NCBI RefSeq assembly: GCF_006345805.1
Contig: NC_042997.1
Location: 145,266,001 to 145,330,000, forward strand
Direction of reading: 5' to 3'
Source: Octopus sinensis
Lineage: Eukaryota
Length of the DNA: 64,000 nucleotides
Position 1 is the stretch's first letter, and every line of letters starts with the position of its first letter. Shown here in pieces: positions 13,778-26,666 of this stretch. The position numbers and the translations under genes were made by a program. The notes under the pieces were generated by a model. It did not search any database and was not told the DNA's origin. It saw only the letters and a program-made list of their open reading frames with translations.

Positions 13778-15867
13778 TTGTGCTGTTTTGAATACTGAGT
13801 CCTGCTGTCACTCCACCCTCTCTCATCAATACCATTCATACCTCTATCACATTCATGATTCTCACTCTACAAAGAAGCTAGTGAGCAAGCAGATATATGA
13901 GGTTGCAGGGTTCCCTCAGAAGTAGTCATGTCTCTTGAGAATATGGCTACCTCTCAACAGCTGATACCATAATAAAATGCACCCAGTACACTCTGTAGTG
14001 ATTGGTGATAGGAAGAGCAACCAGATTTAGAAACATAACCAAAAATGAATGTAGGTGAGATGAAGTCCTCTGTGTGTGTGGGTGCTCAGCTCTTCTACGT
14101 GAAGATGCATAGCTTAGTAGTTAGGATAGTTGGCACATGATCATAAGGCCATGAGTGCAATTCCCAGGGGCACATTGTATCCTTGAAGAAGACACTTATT
14201 TCCTGTTGCTCCAGTCCACTCAGCTGACAGAAATGAGTATATTACTTGTATTTTGAAGGGCCAGCCTTGTAACATTCTGTATCACATTGAATCTCCCTGA
14301 GAAGTATGTTAAGTGTCTGTGTGTCTGTGGAGTGCTTAACCACTTGCTCTTTAATTTTATAACCTGATCAACTGAAACCCAAATGAGTGCCAGTTCATGT
14401 CTTCTTGTCTCAACATCACATGCTAATTGCAAACAAATACCTCAGTCATACAACCTGTGTCGCTTGTTTGCTATCCTCTATGAAAACATATCTAGCTACT
14501 GTGCTGTTTATGTTCAAAGACTGGGGGAAATATTACCTTGCTCAGAAACAGGCAAGGGTTGACAATAGGAAGTGCATTCAACCACAGAAAACCTAGAACA
14601 AAATTTACCAGACTCATGCAAGAAATGGAGAAAATGGATGTTAAGATAGTGATGATGATAATCAATCATTGCATCACAGAAATATTTATAGATTTATAGA
14701 TATAAGAAATGGTCACAAGCTGCTAGTCAACACAAGTAATGTCTGAGTACCTCTATATGGTCACTTGATCTGCTAAAAATAGCAGTTTCATTTTCTTCAA
14801 ATCTCACTCTACTGTTGTAAAACTGAGACATGGTGGCCACAGTTGGAATGCTTTTGATTATACATCTGTTGGAACATGACTGATAGGGAGCTGAACAACA
14901 ACAACAACAAATCCTGAAAACACAAGATATGTGAAGGATGAGGTCAGCTCAACCAGGAATACATATATTTTTGTTAGCCACGAGTGTATGCATGTCTGCA
15001 TATGTATGATTGCATGACCATGCATTTAGTAATGTATACGCACACACATTTATGCAAACATACATTAATATTTACATAAATTTATATCCACAAGCGATAC
15101 ATAATACATTAGATAAGTTTCAGTTAATAGTAGTGTAAGTTGCATCTGTTCTAAAAGCCCGACCATGCTAATAAGCATTAAATATTAATTTGGAACTATT
15201 CTAGACTATTGTTCTACGAGTATGGCATTTATAGTTATTTGGGTGTGGCCGTATTGTACAAAGGAATGTGTTCAAATCGGTGCAATCTGGGTACGGTCCA
15301 TATCAGTATAGTTTGCATATACCCAGAAAGCATAATACAAGCAAAAGCAAGAGGGAATAAAAAATAAAAAAAAACAACAAGTGGTAGTTCAAAGTCAATG
15401 CATTATCCTGTGATGTAGAGGAAGAGATATTGATGTTTAGAGCATTTGTCCTTCGTTAAAAGAGATGGAAGGAGAAGAGAAGAAAAAATAGAGAATGAAA
15501 AGCAGAAAAAAAAAAAAGAAAATTATGAATATAGTTATGAAAGAAGTGTGGCAACTGATGGTGACTAGGAAACAGAGATAGGGTTATACTTCCTTGAAAG
15601 CACATTCTACTGTTTCAGAAAAGCCTGGACATAAGATAATATTGTCCTATGTTTTAAAAAAACAGGAGTATGATAGGAGCATTTCTGGACTTACGTTTGC
15701 TCAGACAGTGCAGACTTGGGCTTAAACAATGGCTAGACTATTTGACATACAACATGCTGACTAAAGCTTAAATACTCATTTGTTAATGTATCAAACAGAG
15801 AAACTGCTTATTCTATTTTAACCAATAAAAATATGCACACAATTTATGTAATGATGAGACATATATC

Positions 15868-16065
15868 ATCATTATCATCATTTAATGTCTGCTTTCCAAG
15901 CTGGCATGGGTTGGATGGTTTGACAGGAGCTGGCAAGTTTGAAGGTTGCAACAGGCTCCAACCGTCTGCTTTTGGCATGGTTTCTGTGGATGAATGCCCT
16001 TCCTAATGCCAACCACTTTACAGAATATACTGGGTGCTCTTTATCTGGCACCAGCACAGGTGCTG
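15868..16065 (-). mobile_element. SINE family C
   Basis: Same tail and core as 1201-1497. Confidence 0.75.
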
Positions 16066-16721
16066 TGGCATATAACAATGAAGCCACTGCACAGTCACTT
16101 CTAGAAATAGCAGCCAAATCATCCTAAATACAATATTTTTAAACAGAACACATTGGATGCTGCAATTCTAGATAAACTGTCCGAAAAAGAAAAAAAAAAG
16201 ACCAGATGCAAGGCTTGAGTGTCTTTGATCACAGGTCTGCTCAATCAGAGCTGACCTGGGGTTAAACAACAACCTAAAGACATTTAATTATTTGGTTTAA
16301 TAGCAGCACCAACGAGTACAACATATTAAAATATCATTTAAGTTTGTTTTAATTCCTCTAGTAATTCATGGAAAGAACAATCTCTTGCAGAATTATTTTT
16401 GAACATGTTCAGGTCAAGAACAAGGTTGCAGGAAATTCTGTTAAGAATCACTTCACTGTTCCTGTTTTTCTTTGTAGTAATGTTCTCCTTGTAATATGCG
16501 TCCAGTGCAGAACTGACCAGTTTTGGTTGGCTGAGTAACTCCAGTTAGTTTCAATCAGATATTTCTGAAGTATAGTGACAGCTGATGAGTGAGACCAACA
16601 ACTATAAATATATTGTGGAAGAAGCATTTACAATGCTGTTCAACCAGCTATAGATAGCAGTCAAATGCCCTTCAAATTAACACTATCAATTTAAAAAGAG
16701 AAAGACCTATTATATATTATC

Positions 16722-16946
16722 TCTTTACTGCTCACAAGGGGCTAAACATAGAGGGGACAAACAAGGACAAAGGGATTAAGTCGATTAGATCGACCCCAAT
16801 GCATAACTTGTACTTAATTTACCGACCCCGAAATGATGAAAGGCAAAGTTGACCTTGGCGGAATTTGAACTCAGAACATAAAGCCAGTCGAAATACTGCT
16901 AAGCATTTCGCCCGGCATACTAATGTTTCTGCCAGCTCGCCGCCTC
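16722..16946 (-). mobile_element. tRNA-derived SINE, family B
   Basis: Minus strand aggcggcgagctggcagaaacattag...gagttcaaattccgcc (B box GTTCAAAT). Confidence 0.9.
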
Positions 16947-17273
16947 AAAGACCTATTATATATAGTCACAGATACATAATGCCTAAAAAAAGGTCGTAGT
17001 TTCAATGTACTTGATCTTAGGGTTAAACAGCAACATTAATGTTCTTAGTTGTTCAATGATTTGACCAATTAGCTGAGCAAGATTTCATATTACTCTCTCA
17101 GGAGATATTTTACTTACTAACTCTGAAAATGATAGGCCAGACTGTATATGAAATTGTTAAAGGTGCAGTAAAAAAAATATAAAACAATATATTATGAAAT
17201 CTTTGTAGAACACTAATAAATCACCAATCCTCATTTTGTTAAGCAGAAATAAATGTAATTGAACACCTATTCT

Positions 17274-17486
17274 TTAACCCCTTAGTATCTGGCCAAAATA
17301 TTCTATTTGTTTTATGTTCAAACTGGCCAGATCTGGCCTCTCACACCATCCCTACAATATCAGTCTAAAAATTAGCATTTACCCCATTAAAATCTCAAAG
17401 CTATGAGATAATGGATGATTAATTCAAAACAATGTGAATAAATACGCAATACATTTGACAGAGTAATCTGTATGCTAATGGGTTAA
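17274..17486. mobile_element. piggyBac-type MITE
   Basis: TTAACCCC...GGGTTAA ends, homologous to 159-368. Confidence 0.7.
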
Positions 17487-18121
17487 ACTACGTAGTTTTG
17501 ATATCTTTTAAATGGGTACTGTTTCAGAAACACAATATTTATGGTTAGAAAATTTAAAAATATTAAGACAGAACCAATATAAAACAGAAAATGTAAACAG
17601 TTTCTGTCTTAAATCTAAATACGACAATCCCAGCTGTCAGGTCAAGTGATTTTATCCAGAAGACAAAACCAAGGTCTTGAAATGTTGATAGCGAAATGAA
17701 TCTTAGAAGATTGTTATTCCAAACAAGCCATAAATCACAAAATCCTAAAGAAAAACATTAATAAAAGAAAATCTGTTAACAGTCATGTTTTTACTTACGC
17801 AAGCATGTGCGCAACACAAATGCACACACAATGAAGATTCTAATAACCACATTGTCTTTATAATATTGTTTTTACAAACCAGAGAAGAAACCTCAATGCA
17901 GATGTTCAACATGCTACAAATAGCAACTAGATCACCCTAATGTCCCATCCTACCGCCTTAAAAGATAAGGCACACTGGATAATGCAGTTCTAGATATACT
18001 GTGTATGGAATGACAAGTCTACTCAATCAGGGCTGACCTGGAGTTAAACCATAACAATCTTGTGTTTATGTAGTTTATTAAAAGTAGGCAATACCTTTCC
18101 AAGTTCCACTTAAATATAACC

Positions 18122-18330
18122 CTTTCTACTCTAGGCACATGGCCTGAAATTTTGAGGGAGGGGGCCAGTCAATTAGACTGACCCCAGTATGTAACTGGTA
18201 CTTAATTTATCGAAAGGATGAAAGGCAAAGTCGACCTCGGGAGAATTTGAACTCAGAACACAAAGACAGATGAAATAACACTAAGCATTTCACCCAGCAT
18301 ACTAACAATTCTACCAATTCACCACCTTTC
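18122..18330 (-). mobile_element. SINE family B variant
   Basis: aaggatgaaaggcaaagtcgacctcgg...aatttgaactcagaac core. Confidence 0.8.
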
Positions 18331-18559
18331 TACTTAAATATAACACCAAACTATAAATATTAATCCAATGTATATAGTACTTTATATAGTGTATATAGTA
18401 CTCTACTGCAAATATTTATAGAACTGAATGGTTCAAACTAGTGAGATTAAAAAGCCTCGGGTACCGACACAATTTTCTACTTTCAGAGTGTTTAATCTCA
18501 AAAACTTTCAAGTACATACTGTTAAATCAAGCCCTGCCCCAATATCTGCAGTTTGAAAA

Positions 18560-19620
18560 ATAATATGTCTACTATATGTATTTAGTATTGACAAGGATGT
18601 TAGAACTGAGTTAATACCATGCAGATACAAGCATAAATGTGATCATTGCAAGTACTAATAACTATAATGGAATATCTCTGTTAAGCTCTCTGGGTCAAGT
18701 AGACTCACAGTTTCTGGCCTCAAACCATTGCAGATGGGATTTTGGAAGGAAGTCAATGTGGAGTCTGCTACTAGTAGGTTACAGTTAATAAGGTTTTTCT
18801 CTGTTGCCAACAGTGTGAGAAATGTACTGTATATAGTGACAGGAACCGTTTGACTTTGTCAGTTTATATTAGCCTGGCTGAGTGGTTGAGAAGTTAACTG
18901 GACATGAAATAAACTTTCTCTTTTACTGGTTTTTATTATTTTATATTTTTTTTGTGGGATGTTGGTGGGGCAGGGATTATATTTTGCAGAACATGGTTAA
19001 TTGTTCAAAAGTATCTTAGATGAGGGAGCTGTTATTTGCCACATATAAACATAGTTGATTAACCCTTTAGCTTTTAAACCAGACATATCCAGCCGAAATA
19101 ATCTATCTATTTTATCTTCAAACCAGCCAGATCTAGCCTCTCACACTTACCATACAACATCACTCTAAAAATAAACAATCACGTCATTGAAATCTCAAAC
19201 CTACAAGGTAAGGCATGACTAATTCAAATCAATGCAAATAAATTAGCATTACATTTGGCAGAGAAATCTGAATGCTAAAGGGTTAAGGTCCTACTATAAA
19301 ATGTGTCCTCAAGCATAACATTCTCCATTTTGATGTACATGATGACATGAAATGAGGCGAGAAAGAAATGACCAAAACAACAGTCTGAAGATGCTATAAA
19401 AAGAATTAGGTGAGAGATGAAATACAGGAAGCCAAGCCAATCATCTGTAAACATGATGACAAAGATTTCTAAACACTGTATATTAGATAACCATTTATCT
19501 TTATTTCTTCAACAATGCCAACTTCAACCAAAGCCTCCACAAACCATCAGATGTGACCTTTGTGGACAATAGTTCCATGCAAAAAAAAAAATCCATCTTG
19601 CCAGCCATGAAAAAGGCACC
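18560..19620 (+). mobile_element. Decayed RTE LINE interrupted by a MITE
   Basis: NYNGISLLSSLGQV and EGSQCG near 18660-18770; C-terminal CDLCGQ*FHA...LASHEK (RTE C2H2-like end) near 19550-19620. Confidence 0.55.
19059..19286. mobile_element. piggyBac-type MITE
   Basis: TTAACCCTTTAGC ... GCTAAAGGGTTAA, perfect 13-bp terminal inverted repeat including TTAA. Confidence 0.8.
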
Positions 19621-20725
19621 AACATATATAAGAAAGCATAAATTCAGAAACAAGGAAGAGCTGATAATATTTGATATGATGAAGGTAGATTAAAGATTGT
19701 GAGCTACTTAAAATAACGTAATGTGATGTGTTGTGACGTGGAAGATTTGGGACTGGGCCCACAGATGCCTGTCCTCACAAAATAGTCAAAAACACAAACA
19801 TAAAACAACAAGTGCAGACGAGCCTAAATGGTTAAGAACTATGATTTGCAATCGATGTACACCCAAGTTTAATCCTTACTGCATGGCACCTACTTCTACT
19901 ACAATCTTGAGTTGACCATTGTCTTTTGAGTAGAATTTGTAAATGGCATCTGTATGGAAATCATTTACATAAGTGTGTGTGAGGAAAAAGAGCAAGACAG
20001 AAAGAGGTTTGAGCAAATCTTTATATCAACATAGGCGCGTGTGTGTCTGAGAAGACAAAGCTGTTTTTTTTTTAATTTGATTTGCTTGGCAGCTACTGAA
20101 TTTCATGTCCAATCTCCATGCATAACATCATGGGTTTCTTCTACTACATCATTGACTCACCAACGCCTTGTGGATTAATTTGGTAGAAGGAAACTGTGCA
20201 GAAGCCTATCATGTACACACACAAGAATGTAAATGTAAGCGCATGTGTATAAGTAAAACAGTGATATGATGTTTACATTCCTTGTTTGATATTACAACCA
20301 ATTGCTCTGTACTTTCAAATGTCCACAAAATAAAGAAAATAAAAAAAACTCTTTGACTCACAAAACATGCAAGGGTTGGTGACAGAAAGTGCATCCAGCC
20401 ATAAAATCCTACCTCAAATAAGTACCATCTCAACCCAAGCTAGCAGGGAAAATGGAAGTTAAATGAACGAACACACCCACCCGCAAATCTACAGAGAAAA
20501 AGAGCATTTAATTACTTGAGAAAATAGAAATATTAATACCTCATTGTTTTTGCGTTATGAATTAATAATATGCACATACAGTTTTTGTCATCAAGTATTT
20601 ATGAATGTCTATATACATATACTCATGCATACACTCACAGAGGCACACACACACACACATGCGTGCACACACACACACACATATGGCATTATTTTATAAA
20701 ATTGCAGATAATTGTTGTATAATAA

Positions 20726-21030
20726 ATGAATGTGTTTGAATTGTTGAAATATTTTCATGAATTTGATTCTATTCTTTCTGTGCGCCGTGAATGGAAGAAA
20801 GCTTTTAATACCATTACCAGTCCCACCATTTAAACAAACCAAAAGAAAATTCTAACAAACATTGCAAAAACATTCACAACAGGAAATGCATTGGATGATG
20901 TCACCAAAACATGGTAAACATGTTTCCATCTCAGGTGAGGTTAATCAATAACTTTTACTTTGATGGTCCACTGAGATATGTCATCCCTACTACCACTTTC
21001 CACCGCCAACCTCTCTTCTAAAAGGTGAGT
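20726..21030 (+). mobile_element. Decayed Tc1/mariner-like transposase N-terminal fragment (DUF4817-type HTH)
   Basis: MNVFELLKYFHEFDSILSVRREWKKAF..SPTI*; KTFTTGNALDD; FHLSGEVN..N..-WSTE-like motif with frameshifts. Confidence 0.5.
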
Positions 21031-21360
21031 AATCAAGTTGCTTCTCTACAACAAGAAACCTTTTCTCTTCTAGCCCTTTTCTTTCATACCTTACCCTTCT
21101 TTCTAGCCTTCATTCTTGGGGGTCATACTCTTCCAAGCCATATGGCAACCTCATTAGTGCTGGTGCCACAAAAAAACAGCACCCAGTACATGCTGTAACA
21201 TGGTTGGTATTTGGCATGGTTTCTATGGCTGAATGCCCTTCCTAAGCAGACACTGGAGCACAATGCAACCCTTGGACCCATCAGATCTTGTCAAGCGATC
21301 CAACTCATACTGACATGGACTTCAAATGATGATAATATTGTTTCTCAAATATCTTTGGAA

Positions 21361-21801
21361 TCTCTCTATATATAAACGGCAGTTTGTCTGTCTGTGTGTC
21401 TGTGTGTCTGTCAGGTTGTACCCTCACCCTGACCACGGCTTTCAACCGATTCTGATGAAACTTGACACACACATAGCCCAATGTCATAATTCAAAACTAA
21501 CGCAGCTAAAATTTTGAAAAGTTTCCCCAGTTCTGAAAAAGATCGATAAATTCGACATGGGGTCGAGAATCTAAGCTTTTTATATGCAACACAGTTTCTG
21601 TCTAGGGGACACAACTCGACCTTTTTATCGCCCAAAAGGACAGCTAGGAACATCGTATAACACAGAAGTATTCGAGTGAAGAGAAGACATTGCAACCTAC
21701 ACATGCGCCTTCATTCCCTAGAGGGAAAGGACTAGATTGGGATTAGTCGTTGCCTACTAGGGGCTCTTACATACCCGGGCAACGCCGGGCTATGCTGCTA
21801 G
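21361..21801 (+). mobile_element. Non-autonomous Helitron
   Basis: A|TCTCTCTATATATAAA 5' end, (TGTC)n microsatellite, 3' hairpin CCCGG-gcaacg-CCGGG about 10 nt before CTAG|T. Confidence 0.85.
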
Positions 21802-22404
21802 TTGGTTATAAAACATTAACCAATTTGAAGTGTTATCAAATCATCTTTAAAAATTTGACAGAATATTCCAAAATTTGTACAATAGGTACAGGTATAGGTG
21901 TGTGGTTAAAAGTATGCTTTACAGCCATGTCATTCTGGTTTCAATCCCAATGGGGTGCACCTTTAGGTACAAGTCTTCTACTAGAGCCCTGCGCTGACTA
22001 TAGTTTCATAAATGAATTTGGTAGGTAGAAACTGTGAGGAAGCATATATATATGTTAAGAACATAATAAATGCACAGAGAAATGGACATAGGTCACCACC
22101 TCCTCATCAGTTATTGGTTAGAGGGTCAAACGCAATTTCATGCCTTACTGATAATATTGCATCCCCATCTAGTGGAGCCAGGAATTAGTGAGCCAAAAAA
22201 CATATGCATATGCAGTCCCATAGCAACCTCACTAATACTGGTGCTTGAAAAAAGCATCTAGTACATGTGATTGGCATTAGGAAGAACATTCAGCTGTAGA
22301 ACTTATGCAGAAGCAGATGAATGGAGTACAATGACATGTCAAACCATCCAACATATGCAAGTATGGAACAATGGAACATAGACATTAAATGAATATATAT
22401 ATAT

Positions 22405-22633
22405 TTCTTTACTACCCACAACGGGCTAAACATAGAGGGGACAAACAAGGATAGACAAAGGAATTAAGTCGATTACATCGACCCCAGTGCGTAACTGGTA
22501 CTTAATTTATCGACCCCAAAAGGATGAAAGGCAAAGTCGACCTCGGCGGAATTTGAACTTGGAACGTAACGACAGGCGAAATACTGCTACAAATTTCGCC
22601 CGGCGTGCTAACGTTTCTACCAGCTCGCTGCCT
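22405..22633 (-). mobile_element. SINE family B
   Basis: Near full-length copy. Confidence 0.9.
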
Positions 22634-22664
22634 TTGAATATATAAATGAATATATATATGTTAT

Positions 22665-22892
22665 CTAACCCTTTAGCATTTAAACCAGCTATATCCGGGT
22701 CAAATACTTTGCCTGGTTTATGTTCACACTGGCCAGATCTGGCCTCTCACACCTGCCTTACAATGTTATTCTAAAAATAAACAATCACATCATAAAATAT
22801 TGAAGCAAGGAGATAATTCAAGGATTAATTCAAACCAGTGTGAATAAATAAGCATTATACTTGACAGAGTAACCTGCATGCTAAAGAGTTGA
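22665..22892. mobile_element. piggyBac-type MITE (degenerate ends)
   Basis: Homology to 19059-19286. Confidence 0.7.
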
Positions 22893-22896
22893 TGTA

Positions 22897-23278
22897 TGTG
22901 TGCATGGTAAGTAGTTTGTTTCACAACCACATGTTTTCAGGTTTAGTCCCACTGCATGGCACCTTGGGCAAGTGTCTTCTACTGTAGCCCTAAGAGGCCA
23001 AAGTCTGCTAGGTAGATTAGGTAGACAGAAACCGAAAGAAACCTGCCACGTGTTTGTGTTCCCTACCACTGCTTGACAACCACTGTTGGTTTGTTTACAT
23101 CACCATGATTTAGTAGTTTGGCAAAAGAAGACCAATAGAATAAGTACCAGACTTAATAATATAACATAAGTGCAGGGGTCAGTTTGTTTGACTAAAACCC
23201 TTCAAGATGGTGCCCCAGCATGGTCACAGTCCAATGACTGAAACAAGTAAAAGAAAAGAAATATATCATTTAATACAA

Positions 23279-23315
<37 letters not shown>

Positions 23316-23366
23316 CAATATATATGTGAGTGCATTTGGTAGACGGAAACTGAAAGAAGCCCGTCG

Positions 23367-23399
<33 letters not shown>

Positions 23400-23557
23400 T
23401 GTGTTTATGTCCCCCGACTTAGCAGTTCGGCAAAAGCGACCGATGGAATAAGTGCTAGGCTTACAAAGAAAAAGTCCTGGGGTTGATTTGCTCGACTAAA
23501 AGCAGTGCTCCAGCATCGCCGCAATCAAATGACTGTAACAAGCAAAAAGAGTAAAAG
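22897..23557 (+). mobile_element. Two tandem family A SINEs
   Basis: 22897-23258 and 23335-23557, each ending gactg(a/t)aacaag(t/c)aaaa. Confidence 0.85.
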
Positions 23558-23594
23558 GAGTATATATACATATATATATATATATATGCATTAT

Positions 23595-23890
23595 GTCATG
23601 CTTGAGAAGAAGAGCCATCAAGCCGAGGAAAATCGTAGTCGTGGCAGATACCAGTGTCAAGCAAATGGCACCCATGCCAGTTGTACATAAAAGCACCCCA
23701 GTGTCGTGCCAGTGGAACATAAAAGAACCCATTACATTCTCAAAGTGGTTGGCATTAAGAAGGGCATCCAACCATAGAAAACCATGTCAAATCAGACTGG
23801 AGTCTGGTGCAGCCTTCCAGTGTGCCAGTCTGCTCAAATCATCCAACCCATGCCAGCACAAACAACAGATGTTAAATGATGATGACGATA
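23595..23890 (+). mobile_element. SINE family C
   Basis: ggttggcattaagaagggcatccaacc...gatgttaaatgatgatga. Confidence 0.8.
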
Positions 23891-24261
23891 TATATCAGTG
23901 ATATGCAAAGTATATTACAAACAGTTTTAAGAAAATTTAATTGGTTTCCAGCTTTTTAAATTTGGTCCAACACCTTGCTGAAGAAAAAAAGAATTATGTG
24001 GATGCAAAATCTCTTTTTCTATTTCCTTAATGAAAGAGTGGGAGTATGATGCAACATAAAAAAAAAAAATCCATATTTTAGGAGTGCTTGATGTTAGTCA
24101 GCTTGAGAAGACTTGTCAGATCATATTATATGTCATCGTATATCAGAAGGTCAGATTGAAATATAAAATCTTCAAGCTGGATAGATGACGCAATAGAGTT
24201 TAACAAAGCAATTGAAAATTCATTGATTATTCCAACCAAACAGGCATCTCCTTTGGGTGTT

Positions 24262-24480
24262 ACAATCATGATGATGATAATCATCATTTAATGTCTGGCT
24301 TCCATGCTGGCATGGGTTGGACAGCTATCATTATCATCATCATGCTGGTATGAGTTGGATAGTTTGGCAGGATCTGACAAACCACAGAGTGGCACTCAGC
24401 TTCAGTGTTAGCTTTGACAAAGTTTCTATGGTCGTATGCTCTTCCTAATGCCAACCACTTTACTATGTGTATTGAGCACC
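24262..24480 (-). mobile_element. SINE family C (rearranged)
   Basis: Two tail segments plus core in reverse orientation. Confidence 0.7.
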
Positions 24481-24734
24481 TTTTTTTTTTTTTTATAAAA
24501 CCAATATTACTGAAGTTGCCCAGTATCTTTGCGAGACAGAAAAAGAACAAGGAAAAAGGAAGGAAGACCAAGACTAAGTGAGGGAAGGATTTGAGATAGG
24601 GAGGTAGTTTTTATCCCAGGTACCTTGCTATAAAGAATATACATGGTTACCCAACAATATATTAAGTGGGGATGGAAGTAGCAGCGAAGAAAATTAAGAT
24701 GATAGTAATAAAAATCAAATGGAAATTGTAGTTA

Positions 24735-25005
24735 AGATACCCGTGCCGCCTGACTGGCGTCCGTGTCGGTAACACGTAAAAGCACCAACCAATCGTGGCC
24801 GTTTGCCAGCCTCCTCAGGCCCCTGTGCCAGTGGCATGTAAAAAACACCCACCACACTCACAGAGTGGTTGGCATTAGGAAGGGCATCCAGCTGTAGAAA
24901 CACTGCCAGTTCAGACTGGAGCCTGGTGCAGCCTTCTGGCTTCCCAGACCCGGTCGAACCATCCAACCCATGCTAGCATGGAAAATGGACGTTAAATGAT
25001 GATAA
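24735..25005 (+). mobile_element. SINE family C (young copy)
   Basis: Retains CpGs; near-exact reverse complement of 1201-1497. Confidence 0.85.
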
Positions 25006-25587
25006 TGGGGTGCCTGAAGCCTGACTGGATGTTTCTTTCTTAATGATTACAAATTAATGGAGAGCACTAATAAGATCAACTGCAATTTTTCTCTTGGACT
25101 GAAGGAAGAATCAATAACTATCAAATTCATAACCTCAGCAAAATAAGATTTTTCCACATTACTCTATGGTATTCAATAGATGTCAGGAATTGGTTTGATC
25201 AAAATAGGAGTAGAAAATGGATTAATAATTGGTGAGAGGAACTGGGGCATGTTGTTAAAATTACTAGCAAGATTTCCAGCTCTTATTGTTCCAGACTGAA
25301 ACATGAATACACAATAGACATTCACTGAGGCATACATAATATATAACTGTTTAGCATTCAGATTATTTTTTCAAATGTAATGCTTAAATAAATTCACATT
25401 TTTGACTGAATCATTCATTATTTCCTAGCTTCAAGTTTCCGGCGATCCGATTGTTTATGTAAAAAATGGCATTTTAGGGTAAGTGTGAGAGATCAGATCT
25501 AACCAGTTTGAACATAAAACAGGGAGGATATTTTGGCCTGTTATGGTCAGTTTGAAGGCTAAAGAGATAAGCACACATATAGTACAG

Positions 25588-25940
25588 CATAGGCATGGCT
25601 GTGTGGTTAAGAAGTTTGGGTTCAATCCCACTGCAGGACACCTTGGGCAAAATGTCTTCTGTTACAGCCCCAGGCCAACCAAAGCCCTGTGAGTGGATTT
25701 GGCAAACAGAAACTGAGAGAAGCCCATCATGCATGTGCATGTATTGTTTCCATGTCTTGGTGTTATGTGACTGTCGTAAATGAACGTCATTCAGTTTCAA
25801 TATTTTGCCTTTGGAAATATCCCCTTGCTTGGAAACATGTAAGAGTTGGTGATAAAAACGGCATCCAGCCATAGAAAACTTGTTTAAATAAACTCTGTCC
25901 AACCCAGGCAAGCATAGAAAAAGGGGCATTAAAACAATGA
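25588..25940 (+). mobile_element. Family A head with family C-type tail
   Basis: ataggcatggctgtgtggttaagaag...gggttcaatcccactg; tail ggcattaaaacaatgatg. Confidence 0.7.
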
Positions 25941-26666
25941 TGGTAATACATATACAGACACATCATACGTATTGACACATCACACAAGTATATCCATACA
26001 CACACACAGATAGACATACCTACATTTAATTTTAAGGAGATACTCATGTAATCACTAGCATAGTTGGATGGTGGGGGGGCACAGTAGGGGCAGCACTTGT
26101 AAAGGGACAGTACTTTGGGGTCTGCTGTAGGCAATGTGTGAGTTTTTTTTTGTGGGGTCCAGGAGTGGGGCAGCAATTGGAAGGGCCGCCCAGACAGCAC
26201 ACACCCTAGTTATGCTAGTGCATGTCATATCAACATGGCAGAGTGAGTGATATTTGAATTACATATACTGCCCAACCAATGAGCTTCTGCCCTTCTCACC
26301 CACAAAGCTTGGGTTCACCCAAGGGTATGCTAAAGGCATCAGTTCAAGATACAATGGGATTGAATTCAAGAACCTATGTTTGTAATGCAAACTTCTTAAT
26401 CACCCAACCATTCCTGCATCTACACACACATACAGATACACACACACACACACAACATATGATACACACAAATATATGCATATACAAAGAGTTCACAAAA
26501 ACATGCTTTTATACTCACACATTTATGCATCTATACACAAGTGCACACACACGTGCATACAGGTTTATACATATACACATATACATACTACATGAACTGT
26601 GTATTAACTTACTACACAAACCAAAGATATAGATATATATCAATTATAGCTTTCACCTCTCTCTTT

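Noticed and set aside
17118-17122. 5-nt minus-strand microexon (ttttcag|AGTTA|gtaagt)
   Set aside because: Single motif coincidence with no supporting gene model
20930-21030. Plus-strand donors CAG|GTGAGG and AAG|GTGAGT
   Set aside because: They fall within the decayed Tc1/mariner-like transposase remnant
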